NCBI GenBank assembly: GCA_900128395.1
Contig: LT649269.1
Coordinates: 1 to 50,325, forward strand
Direction: 5' to 3'
DNA from: Stramenopiles sp. TOSAG23-2
Lineage: Eukaryota
Length of the DNA: 50,325 bases
Both the position numbers and the translations under genes were made by a program. The notes below the pieces were generated by a model. That model made no database searches and had not been told where the DNA came from. It worked only from the letters and a program-made list of their open reading frames with translations. This document shows, one piece after another, positions 31,411 through 42,640 of the stretch (positions within the stretch are counted from its first letter, which is position 1; each line of letters opens with the position of its first letter).

Positions 31411-34019
31411 TCATGCCTGAAATCTACCAGAAGGAACATTTCTTGAATTTCGTAAATTGTCGAATTTTAATATTTCAATATTATCAAGTCCGGTTGTTGC
31501 ATCATCAATATTAGAAGACTTCCTTTTTCGTGCTTTCATAGCAGCTTTATTATTATCATTTTGCCGTTCTGCTTTTCTCATTTCACCCGCAAAGCTACCA
31601 TTTAAAAATTTTATCGAAAGGCTCCTTTTATCGACGTTGTTAGAGATGCCACAAAAAGCGTTCATGCACTTTAAACTGTATTTTACAAACAAACGCAATG
31701 CAGAATACATAGAAATTATTGTCGTGAATATAAGAGTAACAGCAGCTTGGAAGCTATACTGAAATGTCTCAATTGTTTTCATTGAAGCAGGGTGTTTATT
31801 TAATCGTTTACATTGCCCTGATTTATTTTGTATTGTGCAAGGCAAATTTTCATATGGTAAAACTTTAGCATCAAGATAAGTAAGCTTTTCCGTGTATTTT
31901 GGCTTTTTTACATTTTCAAATTCTGATAAAAACACAGACGATGTGCTAGATGGATCATTTACAAATGGAAATGGCAAATCGTACTGCTTCCCAATTTTTA
32001 ATATAGGTTTTCCTAATATTGGAAAATCATTTAGTGCATAATTCAAATTAATGTTGACTATTTGTGATTTGATTATAATCTCTGATGATGCAAATGGTTG
32101 ATACAGTTTCTCTACTTCTATCAATAAATGTGTACTATCATCACGTTCGTCGTTATATAAAAAAGTTGTTCCACCATGATTATAATATCCTTTTAACTGC
32201 AAACGGCTATTCACAGATACGATTTTTTCATTAACATTATTAATTTTTGTAACAAATTGATCTTTTTGACTTGGCCCTTTGCTTACAAATATAGCTTGCA
32301 CTTTTTCATTAGTTATTACACAACCACCCCCAGATGGCAACCCACTGAAAAAAGGCTGTTTGCTTATTGTTTCTTGAAAATTGTTTAGCATATCGTATAC
32401 AAGAAGATTATATTTTTCACTGCTTTCAGATTCTTCTCGATATAGAAACATATGTTTTCCACAATCAAAAAATCTAGTTCCGAGACATTGGCCATTTATG
32501 ATACGCTTAGAAGAAGATATGATTTCCCATGCATCCAGGTTAATTAAATAATGTATTGCCCAGTGAGAATATCCGCTCGTATATTTTGTTGTATCCGCTG
32601 TATATTTTGTTGTTTGCCATTGGCCATTTATGATACGCTTAGAAGAAGATATGATTTCCCATGCATCCAGGTTAATTAAATAATGTATTGCCCAGTGAGA
32701 ATATCCGCTATCCAACCTATATTTTGTTGTTTGCAAAAATCCATGGCTTGAATTGTATTGTACAAATCCACAATACTTATTTCCTTCCGTTACTAAAACT
32801 TTATCAACAATGAATGGTTCATTGTCTCCATTCATATTAAATCTTATTACAGTTGATAATGATTCCGATTCGGTATTATTGACTACTACCGCGCAGGTCA
32901 ATAATCCAATATAGGTCCCATTCTTAAGTTGATACTTTCCTTTAAATCCATAATTTTCAGTTACCTGATTGCAATAATTTTTACTTACAACAACCCCTTG
33001 GCCAATAAACTTATATATTTTGTTGTTTGCAAAAATCCATGGCTTGAATTGTATTGTACAAATCCACAATACTTATTTCCTTCCGTTACTAAAACTTTAT
33101 CAACAATGAATGGTTCATTGTCTCCATTCATATTAATTCTTATTACAGTTGATGATACCGTATTATTGACTACTACCGCGCAGGTCAATAATCCAATATA
33201 GGTTCCATTCTTAAGTTGATACTTTCCTTCAAATCCATGATTTTCAGTTACCTGATTGCAATAATTTTTACTTACAACAACCCCTTGGCCAATAAACTTA
33301 CCAGTATTTATATTCATTTTATATATCTTTACTGGCGTCAGGTAGGAAGCTGAAATAGCATATGAATTTTTTTCTGTAGAGTAAGTATTAATTATTTGTT
33401 TTGAACCAATACCAATCGATGATGATTCTTGCTTTAGTTTTGCTTTCCTAGATTTCTGTGATAATAAATTATAGTTTATCATATTAAGTCCACTTCCGAT
33501 ACCAAATTTAACATCGTTATAAAAGTAAACTGTGTTATTAACTTCGAAGACCTTATTCATCTTCGTCGATCCTATGTCCCCCCCATGTATTGTAACTTTT
33601 TCGGAGCAACCATAAGACGTAGCAACATCAATAAATGCATTTATCTCAGGGCAAATGTTCAAAGTAAAGGTTTCTTCATGTATATATGATTTGATATTAG
33701 TATCCTTATGAGATTTTTGACCCCACATTATGTCTTCATCGATTTTATTACTTTCAGGTTTATACTCCCCGACTAAACACCCATACTTTGAAATACACAT
33801 TGCTGATATATTTCTGCAATTTCCATCGCTAATTAATTCAGTCTTTGTTTGTGTGGTTGGAAATACAGTGTAATACATTAATATGGTATAACATATTACA
33901 ATAATTGGAAAAAATATAAATGATATCAATGCTCCAAAATTACTTTTTTCGATTAAAGTGGTTTGGAACAAATCTTTTCTCTTCGCAAATCGAAGCGTTT
34001 TAGCACAACATTCCTTCAT
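31411..34019 (-). pseudogene. Membrane protein gene with N- and C-terminal TM segments, split by internal duplications
   Basis: ORFs 32985-34019 and 31411-33069 share a duplicated segment of about 95 aa. Removing one copy joins them in frame (..GFLQTTKY|RLDSGYSH..). Confidence 0.55.
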
Positions 34020-34044
34020 CGTGTTGATAAGTTGAATTTCCTTT

Positions 34045-34722
34045 CAACAATATTGCATATCCTTGCACTTCTTCTACAACTACTCTCGTATGATGTAGTA
34101 CTATGCATATCTTTTTTGAAATCTATGAAAAGCAAAAAGATACTATATACGGCCGTATGTGCGTACAGTATGTCATATTGCCGTGTTTGTTGTTGTTGTT
34201 GTGATCCACTGTGCTTGGTATCTCCCTACTAATAAAATTCAACAATATTGCATATCCTTGCACTTCTTCTACAACTACTCTCGTATGATGTATAGTACTA
34301 TGCATATCTTTTTTGAAATCTATGAAAAGCAAAAAGATAATCTATACTACTACTACGTACTCTATATTATTATTATACATTATACGGCCGTGCTATTGCC
34401 GTGTTTGTTGTTGTTGTTGTGATCCACTGCGATGGTATCTCCCTACTAATAAAAAAGAGAAAAGCACGCAAAAAATGTCAAATTTTCCTATTTTTTTTTT
34501 TCCTTAAAAAAAAAAAATTAAAACGCGGTTCTTGATGTATATACCTATCTTATGAATATAGTGTTAGTTTGTATGGTATCTCCCTACTAATAAAAAAGAG
34601 AAAAGCACGCAAAAAATGTCAAATTTTCCTATTTTTTTTTTTCTTTTAAAAAAAATTAAAACGTTTCTTCTTGATGTATCCGGATCCTATCTTATGAATA
34701 TAGTGCACTAGTGTTAGTTTGT
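34045..34722. repeat. Two nested tandem duplications (about 195 bp and 140 bp)
   Basis: caacaatattgcatatcc.. at about 34045 and 34240; tggtatctccctactaataaaaaa.. at about 34433 and 34574. Confidence 0.85.
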
Positions 34723-34962
34723 ACTTTATACGTACTTTTATAATTTTAAAATATTTTGGTAGCGTAAATATGTACAATAATACTACAAAAATATTTGTAC
34801 TTAAAATATAAATGGATTTTATTTTATAAATTTACAGTGTATATGTATTTGAATTATTTTTATTTATATAGAGCCTTTTTTCCCCAGTTTGATTGAAACA
34901 CAATAGTATATTACCATCTAACATTTGACATCCATTTCCATATACGTATCTTCTTCTATATA

Positions 34963-35328
34963 TTAAACTTGAATACCAAAGATCCAGAACTGAACGCCAG
35001 AAAACCCATCTAAATCATCAATATGTTTGTTGACGTAGTTGAATTCTGTACGGTTGCATGTTCCATTTTTCCAAGGGGGATTAGTGTATTTCCAACCTCG
35101 ATCTTTCCAATATGCAGAATCAAAACCACCTGGATTCACCAACTCTTGGCAATGCTGTTTTCCTAATGGGGATTGTGGATTTGTTAAACTCATAAGACAC
35201 TCGTTTGGTAATGTACAATTTTTATTGACTTGTGCTGTTGCCATAACCACGGTATTGGTAGTAGAAGCAACTAATAATACTATCATACATGTTAGTACTG
35301 CTATTATATTGTTGATTCTATTATTCAT
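34963..35328 (-). CDS. Small secreted Cys-containing hypothetical protein (121 aa)
   Basis: Signal peptide followed by a 4-Cys domain; coding-like composition in an AT-rich context. Confidence 0.6.
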   Translation of the reverse strand: MNNRINNIIAVLTCMIVLLVASTTNTVVMATAQVNKNCTLPNECLMSLTNPQSPLGKQHCQELVNPGGFDSAYWKDRGWKYTNPPWKNGTCNRTEFNYVNKHIDDLDGFSGVQFWIFGIQV

Positions 35329-36150
35329 TTTTTTGTATAAATTCGTATTAACTATTATTGTTCTGTTTTGTTTATTATTATTATAAATATATAATCACAA
35401 AATATAAACTAAATATTCTATTATTCATTTTTTTGTATAAATTCGTATTAACTATTATTGTTCTGTTTTTGTTTATTATTATTATAAATATATAATCACA
35501 AAATATAAACTAAATCTAAAAATAAAAATTTAAAAGAGATTATCTAACAACAACAAATAGAAAATTTTTTTATCCACCATGTTTCGTGTTTTTCAAATAA
35601 TTTTTTTAGTTTTTTTTAGAAAAACTAAATTTGTTTCGTAGTGGAAAAACAAACTGGTATTCTAAGTTTCCTTTCAAGTATAAATTGTTGATCATTTGAT
35701 AGGTAAAGGTTAGGATTAGGGTTATTTATATGCTAATTTGTAAATTGTAAAAAATTCACCTCCAAACGGCATATTTAGCAGGTGCACACCATTAACTCAA
35801 ATCGGCATATTTAGCAGAATTCTATTATTCATTTTTTTGTATAAATTCGTATTAACTATTATTGTTCTGTTTTGTTTATTATTATTATAAATATATAATC
35901 ACAAAATATAAACTAAATCAAAAAATAGAAATTTAAAAGAGATTATATCTAACAACAAATAGAAAATTTTTTTATCCACCATGTTTCGTGTGGTTTTTCA
36001 AATAATAATTTTTAGTTTTTTTTATAGACGAAAATTATTATGGTGGAAAAACAAATTGGTATTCTAAGTTTCCTTTCAAGTATAAATTGTTGATCATTTG
36101 ATAGGGAGAGGTTAGGATTAGGGTTATTTATAGGCTAATTTGTAAATTCA
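35315..36150. repeat. Triplicated 100-bp unit spanning a start codon, within a duplication of about 400-bp period
   Basis: ttctattattcattttttgtataaattcg.. at about 35316, 35416 and 35820; the downstream sequence is also repeated. Confidence 0.85.
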
Positions 36151-36218
36151 CCGTTTTAGTTTCAAGTATAAATTATTGATCATTTTGATCGGTGTGAATC
36201 AATTCCTAGAGTACTTTC

Positions 36219-36366
36219 ACTCAAACGGCATATTTAGCAGGTGCACACCATTAACTCAAATCGGCATATTTAGCAGGTACACACCATTACTCCTCAAATC
36301 GGCATATTTAGCAGGTGCACACCATTAACTCAAATCGGCATATTTAGCAGGTGGACACCATTAACT
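36219..36366 (+). repeat. 36-bp minisatellite, 4 copies (plus about 1.6 copies at 35762-35817)
   Basis: Unit actcaaatcggcatatttagcaggtgcacaccatta, head-to-tail with no spacers. Confidence 0.9.
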
Positions 36367-36451
36367 CCACCCCTCCTCACAGTTAAAAACTTTTCAAACA
36401 AACTTGCACATATTTTTTTATATAACTAACTTTTATTTGTAAAGTGAAAGG

Positions 36452-36705
36452 TGAACTAAAAAAACATTGAAGAACAACAGTGAGAGAACAGTAATAAATA
36501 CAATATCAATTAAAACGTCTCCCTCTGTGTCTGCAGTGATTTATATATATATATATATTTGACTAGTATTGCTGCGTGTGAACTAAAAAAACATTGAAGA
36601 ACAACAGTGAGAGAACAGTAATAAATACAATATCAATTAAAACGTCTCCCTCTGTGTCTGCAGTGATTTATATATATATATATATTTGACTAGTATTGCT
36701 GCGTG
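36452..36705. repeat. Tandem duplication (126 bp) upstream of the 36755 gene
   Basis: gtgaactaaaaaaacattgaag..gtattgctgcgt occurs twice. Confidence 0.9.
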
Positions 36706-36754
36706 TTTGAAAATTAAAACAAGTTATTATAAATAAAAAAAAAATAAAAACACA

Positions 36755-37852
36755 ATGTCATTAATAATAGCAGAACAACCAGAACAAGTCTTTTTTAAAG
36801 ATGAAGGTGGTAAGAAAAATTTTTTAAAAACTTTCGTGAAATATAAAAGTACTAGTAAGAAAAAGAAATTCAACAAACATATACCGATGACAGCTACGTT
36901 ATATTATGAAAGTGGCATGCCAGTCGAATCAAATGATCAAGATATATTAAAAGTAAAAGATTCTGAAAAAAAAGCAGGTATTATGTTAGATCCAAATAAA
37001 GCTACTGGTAATATAATATATTTTCGTATTGAAAAAGTTAGTAGACGTAAAGACAATCAAAAATTTATGTTACAGTTAGCAGTAGATCAAAATTATCCAG
37101 GTGCAGATGAATTCAAAGGCATTGAACCAGCTATGACTTGCCCTATTAATGTTTTGTCTAAAAGAAAAATACCAGCACATTTACGTTCCGATCCAGATGC
37201 GATTGCAGAATTGAAACGGAAACGGAAACGACCTCGTAGTCAAAGTATGCATACGGATAGTGTAAATAATAATAACAATAATATATTTAATAAGAAAATT
37301 GAAAAGAAAATAGATCACATGGCAAAGACCATGGAAGAATTGCGAAATGTCGTTGGTAGTCAATCAAATACAATACGTGATTTAGTTGAATTGAATTATT
37401 ATTTAAAAGCTCAATTAGAATCATTAATTACTACGTTAGGTCCACAATCATCAGTAGATTTAACACAATTAAATGGTATTCGAAATAACGATTCTGTATT
37501 AGGTCCTAAACGTAGTACAAGTGCAATGTCTACTGGAAGCATGACTGGTGGTGGAATGTACAGGGCAACGACGCCACAAATCGGTAATTCTAGTACGGAT
37601 CTAGCCATAAGCCCTGTAGGTGGGCCAGCACAAAGCCCATTGGATTGGGTCAATCAAGTTGGATCAAATAAAAATGGAAACACTGTAAATAATAATAGTA
37701 AAATGAATAGTAACGGCGGTAGAGCATCTAATCTTAGCCATTTATCTACCAAGCCTGGTGGTGTGCGAAGATTAAAATCATCAGATCAATTATGGAATTT
37801 TGGTGTACCAGGTGGTAGTAGATCTCCTTTTAATTTAGAAAAGTTGGAATAA
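36755..37852 (+). CDS. Putative transcription factor (beta-rich N-terminal domain, NLS, coiled coil)
   Basis: FFKDEGGK..TLYYE..FRIEKVS..FML..PINVLSKRK, then KRKRKRPR, a heptad-repeat helix and a disordered tail. Confidence 0.55.
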   Translation: MSLIIAEQPEQVFFKDEGGKKNFLKTFVKYKSTSKKKKFNKHIPMTATLYYESGMPVESNDQDILKVKDSEKKAGIMLDPNKATGNIIYFRIEKVSRRKDNQKFMLQLAVDQNYPGADEFKGIEPAMTCPINVLSKRKIPAHLRSDPDAIAELKRKRKRPRSQSMHTDSVNNNNNNIFNKKIEKKIDHMAKTMEELRNVVGSQSNTIRDLVELNYYLKAQLESLITTLGPQSSVDLTQLNGIRNNDSVLGPKRSTSAMSTGSMTGGGMYRATTPQIGNSSTDLAISPVGGPAQSPLDWVNQVGSNKNGNTVNNNSKMNSNGGRASNLSHLSTKPGGVRRLKSSDQLWNFGVPGGSRSPFNLEKLE

Positions 37853-38380
37853 ATATATATATATATCGTTGTTTGTTGTTTCTATTCCATGAGACGTGTG
37901 TTTACATATGAAAAAATACGGGGGGTAAAGAAAAATAAAGAGAGAGAGCGGACTGTATCGCCAGTAAAACACATATAATGAATGGAATGGAAAAATATGG
38001 ATAACAAAAAAATAATACAGTGTTTTGAGTTTTGATAATTGGAGCTGGGAAAGGTTTTTCTGGAAAAGGACGACATTTTTTAAAATTTAAAATATTTTTT
38101 ACTACATGTTATATATGATAATATATTACACACGTTTTTGTTTGATGGGACGATTTTTGGAAGATCACGAGCGAGGACAAGAAGATATATTGTTTTTTTT
38201 TAATTCTTCGTGTCGTCGCCCCCGTTGTAGTACTAAACGTGTCTCGTCTGCACACTCTAAGCCAGTACATTTTTTAGTGTACAAATATAAATTTTAAAAT
38301 TTATTTACAAAAATAATCTTAGTACGATTCGTATCATATTAAAATATATCTCTTTTACTAAATACACACATATAATACAT

Positions 38381-38821
38381 TTATTTTAACTGGTCTTCCA
38401 TTGTTGCAGTGACTATGCTCTGTTGCTTAGTTATCCAATCTACATTGTTATGTTCTAAATCTTGTTTTAAATTTGGACCTGGCTCTTCATTTACTTTTTG
38501 TGCATATGCACCTGGTCGTAATGTTGAACAACCTTGCCACCTAGCAACCCATGATTTGTCTGTATCCATAATACATACTACACCTTCAAAATTTGGTGTA
38601 AGTATCTCTTGTAACATTTTGTGTTGATCTCCAAAATATTCCTCGCATACTTTTCTTCCATTTGTAATATCTTCATAACATGATTCACATCCAGTATCAG
38701 CAAATTGACTAACTGTTTTAATTCTTGCACATACACGACAAGCCACTAAACCTCTTATACTACTTGGTAATTCTGCATATGGTTTTTTTGGTTGTTCCTG
38801 TGTTTGTTCAAACATATTCAT
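38381..38821 (-). CDS. SPT4: Transcription elongation factor SPT4
   Basis: ACRVCARIKT..QF..GCESC zinc ribbon; TPNFEG; SWVARWQ..PGAYA. Confidence 0.92.
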   Translation of the reverse strand: MNMFEQTQEQPKKPYAELPSSIRGLVACRVCARIKTVSQFADTGCESCYEDITNGRKVCEEYFGDQHKMLQEILTPNFEGVVCIMDTDKSWVARWQGCSTLRPGAYAQKVNEEPGPNLKQDLEHNNVDWITKQQSIVTATMEDQLK

Positions 38822-38862
38822 CTTGATGACGCTATTATTTATATATATATGTATGCCTATTG

Positions 38863-39031
38863 ATTTGCTTTATACAATGAGAGGAGACTATACAATGGAA
38901 TGAAATGAGATAGTAATATCACCAGTGATGTGATGTGTATCTATCAATTTGCTTTATACAATGAGAGGAGACTATACAATGGAATGAAATGAGATAGTAA
39001 TATCACCAGTGATGTGATGTGTATCTATCAA
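38863..39031. repeat. Tandem duplication (about 84 bp) upstream of SPT4
   Basis: atttgctttatacaatgagagg..gtatctatcaa occurs twice. Confidence 0.9.
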
Positions 39032-40328
39032 TCATCTATTCCGATGAATATGTATCAAATATATATATATATTGAGTTTTCCATTCATATATTCATACAT
39101 TATTAGATGGTGGTGGGCACGTGGGTGGTGTGGCAATATTATTAAATATATAAGATTGGGCTTACTATAGCATAGGAATAGCATTCAGTCAAGGTGGTAG
39201 ACCTAATTAGGACACCAAAACAGAATAAGGGGATGCCAGCAGCTAAAAGCATAATGTTGTGCAAAATTGCATTCAGATTTCATTATAAGTCAAGGCCTTA
39301 CCAGCAACAATACTACTTCTTTGCATCTTCCTTCTTTTGTGCGGGTGAAGCCAACGACGGGTGAAGAAGTAGAAAGTAATTGCGGTCTAACAACACCCGC
39401 GCGGCTGAAGCCAACGACGGGTGAAGAAGTAGAAAGTAATTGCGGTCTAACAACACCCTCGCTGTTTCATCTTTGTCTTCTTGTTCACAAAGTTTAATCC
39501 AATAACTAATATCACTAAAACCTTTTTTGGTTGTGGTAAAACTTCCTCAAATTTTTATATTTAAATGAATGATATAATGAGATAGCAAATAATTCATTTG
39601 TTGGAGAGGCTTGCATTTCAAGGCATTTGTTTGTCTCATCCAATTCATAGTGCTTTCTGCAGCAGATGAATCAGACTTGCCTCTTATTTCATATTTGATG
39701 TTGGTCCATTCTTCTGGATCTGTGATCCACAGATATTCCACCAGTTGGTCATATGCTTCTGCCACCTCCCCCTGCCTCCCATCTGAAATTTCTAATGATA
39801 CATATTGTTTGTTTTCAGTATCATGATAATAATTAACTAGGTTAATATTTACTGGAAGTTTTACCCTTTCACTCTCTCCTAACCTTTCATTCATTGCGAC
39901 ATTTGCTTTATTCATGGCACTAGTGGTGTACTTTGTTTGTAATATTAATGGATGTGTGTAATATTTTTCTTTTAAGAATAACTGATGATTATACAGAAGA
40001 AGGAAATGCAGCAGGTAGTGGATTTGCGCTGTTGAATATAATGTTTGAATCACTTGAATGGTTTGGAGTAAATTGTTTCCAAATAGATAATGGTTTATTT
40101 GGGGCACTCAAGAATAATTCTCCTCATTTTAAATAATACATGAAATATTAGCAAAAACAGTATATATATATACATATATATACATTGTGAAGCTGTAAAA
40201 TGTCTTAATTAATTAGATATCAATCATTCTATAAGTGTTAAACTTGTTTGTTGTGGTTTTGTTGTTCATATAAAAGTAATTGTAAAATTTTTTTTCTTTT
40301 TGAAAGTAAATGGCAAACTTTGCAATTT

Positions 40329-40800
40329 TTATATTCTTTCATTGGCATAAACCATGTTGTTTATGATGTCTGTAATATTTAATAACATATTGCGGAGACC
40401 TAGGAATACAACTTTCAATAGTGGCTTTGTCAAGATATCTGCGATATTTTTAGCACTAGCTATGTGCTCAAGCTGAATAATTTCTCTGTCAATTAGTTCA
40501 GTAATAAACATATACTTGATTCCGATATGTTTGGACAAGGCGTCCACGTGGCGCATACGATCTATATTAGCTGTTCCATTTGCAATATTTTGTGCTGTTT
40601 GATTGTCGTTTAATAAGATTGAAGGCAACGGGAATGGACTTTGAAGGAATTCTGCAAGCTTGGAGAGCCATAGTATCCATATGCACATTCGGATAAGGCG
40701 CAGAACTCAGATTCTGTGACTGACATAGTCACATTACGTTGGCGTTTGGACTTTGTTACAACGGGTCCATTCATATATAGCAATACAAATCCGGTAGTAC
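40329..40800 (-). mobile_element. Degenerate Ty1/copia LTR-retrotransposon RNase H fragment (frameshifted)
   Basis: TGFV..NGPVVTKSKRQRNVTMSVTESEFCAL in one frame, then DNQTA..SKHIGIKYMFITE..NIADILTKPL in another. Confidence 0.85.
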
Positions 40801-41333
40801 ATGTATGAATGTACATGACATATATGTTTGGGAATAGTTCCTCCACTTTTGGTGTACAAACATATGTGGACGTTCCTCATTCTATAATATGGAGATACTA
40901 TTGGATAATGATATTCGTATGGTATTGTCGATAGACAGTGATGGCTATATAGCAACAGAACTCTCTCTGAATTTAGATTGTGGACAAGTGCAAACAAACA
41001 AAAACATAAACAACACAGAAAAAAGCAACAAAATGTGGGGGAAAATTTAAACAAAAAGACAATACAAGGGTTTAAAAAAAATTCTTGTTTTTAACGTAAA
41101 TTTAAAATATAAAATATCCTACATGACGCATCTTCAATCTCTCTCCCAGATTCCACTTTCAACATTTTTCTCTCTTTAACTTCTCTCTAATTGCTTTTTT
41201 TTATTTTTTTTAGTTTTTGTATTTTTTTCACCTCTTATTTAATATCATACCTTTTTATATTATTGATTTGAAAATTCAAACGGGTTCGGTTGACTACCAC
41301 TAGCTAATATATTTTCATTTGTTGATAGTACAT

Positions 41334-41791
41334 ATGTGTATTTAGTAAAAGAGATATATTTTAATATGATACGAATCGTACTAAGATTAATTTTGTAGAT
41401 AAATTTTAAATTTATATTTCTATGATACACTAAAAAATGTACTGGCTTAGAGTGTGCAGACGAGACACGTTTAGTACTACAACGGGGGCGACGACACGAA
41501 AGAATTAAAAAAAAACAAAATATCTTCTTGTCCTCGCTCGTGATCTTCCAAAAATCGTCCCATCAAACAAAAACGTGTAATATATTATCATATATAACAT
41601 GTAGTAAAAAATATTTTAAATTTTAAAAAATGTCGTCCTTTTCCAGAAAAACCTTTCCCAGCTCCAATTATCAAAACTCAAAACACTGTATTATTTTTTT
41701 TGTTATCCATATTTTTCCATTCCATTCATTATATGTGTTTTACTGGCGATACAGTCCGCTCTCTCTCTTTATTTTTCTTTACCCCCCGTAT
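41334..41791 (-). repeat. Inverted copy (about 458 bp) of intergenic segment 37916-38368
   Basis: Reverse complement matches 37916-38368 with a few indels; flanked by a 55-bp direct repeat (41279-41333 and 41792-41846). Confidence 0.92.
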
Positions 41792-42345
41792 AACGGGTTC
41801 GGTTGACTACCACTAGCTAATATATTTTCATTTGTTGATAGTACATTCTCATTCATAGGCAATGCTTTATTGGTGCCAATCGATGTATTACCGGGTGTTG
41901 TACTATTTTTCGTTTCTGTAAATTTGGTTGAACTATTCAATTGCTGGTTGATTACAGCTTGTGCAGCTTGTTGTGTAGCATTCTTTTGATATTTTGAAAG
42001 TAGTCCATATAATAAAGGTACACGTTCGGAGTTTGAATTCTCGTTCACTTGTAATTGTTTTGCTAGAAAACTACGTTTTAATTCCTGCGCTGCTTCTTGA
42101 GGTTGCCCGGTCTCTGGCAAAAAGACACTAAGGCTTTGACGATAATTATTATATTCTAAATATTCTCGTATTAACTCGTTAATAATTAAATTTTCATTTG
42201 ACAATTTTGGTGGTGGTAAGCTATTATCATCCAACGCAGCAAATATTTCCGCACGTATACGTGCTTTGACTTGTCCCAATACCCCACGATTTTCCAACGT
42301 GTCTTTCAATACATCTCTTAAATCTTCTAAATCTGAATTCGCCAT
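41779..42345 (-). CDS. CEP20: Centrosomal LisH protein CEP20 (FOPNL/FOR20)
   Basis: LKDTLENRGVLGQVKARIRAEIFAALD..NENLIINELIREYLEYN.Y..SLSVFLPETG; VPLLYGL. Start MANSD at 42345. Confidence 0.88.
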   Translation of the reverse strand: MANSDLEDLRDVLKDTLENRGVLGQVKARIRAEIFAALDDNSLPPPKLSNENLIINELIREYLEYNNYRQSLSVFLPETGQPQEAAQELKRSFLAKQLQVNENSNSERVPLLYGLLSKYQKNATQQAAQAVINQQLNSSTKFTETKNSTTPGNTSIGTNKALPMNENVLSTNENILASGSQPNPLYGG

Positions 42346-42557
42346 GGTATATATGTGTGTGTGTTTATTTCCTTTATTATTATCATATTTCTTTAACAAA
42401 TCTATATGTTTCAAATTGTATGCTTTCTGTCTTTCAATACATCTCTTAAATCTTCTAAATCTGAATTCGCCATGGTATATATGTGTGTGTGTTTATTTCC
42501 TTTATTATTATCATATTTCTTTAACAAATCTATATGTTTCAAATTGTATGCTTTCTT
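42301..42557. repeat. Tandem duplication (128 bp) spanning the CEP20 start codon
   Basis: gtctttcaatacatc..gtatgctttct occurs twice. Confidence 0.9.
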
Positions 42558-42640
42558 TCCTTTCTTTATATATATACTTCACAAAAAGTTTGAATTTGAG
42601 CATCAACTTGACCTAATTTCTTAACTGCCTCTGTAGAACT

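Noticed and set aside
35706-35724. Telomere or chromosome end
   Set aside because: Only 1-2 degenerate TTAGGG units, located internally.
36219-36366. 36-bp repeats resembling a CRISPR array
   Set aside because: Units are contiguous with no unique spacers, there are no cas genes, and the context is eukaryotic.
39130-39290. Possible integrase remnant (NIMLLAAGIPLF on the minus strand)
   Set aside because: Very short, contains stops, and lies on the wrong side of RNase H for copia domain order.
37916-41791. 450-bp inverted repeats as TIRs of a transposon carrying SPT4
   Set aside because: No transposase and no TSD outside the pair; only one copy is flanked by a duplication, which fits a templated insertion.
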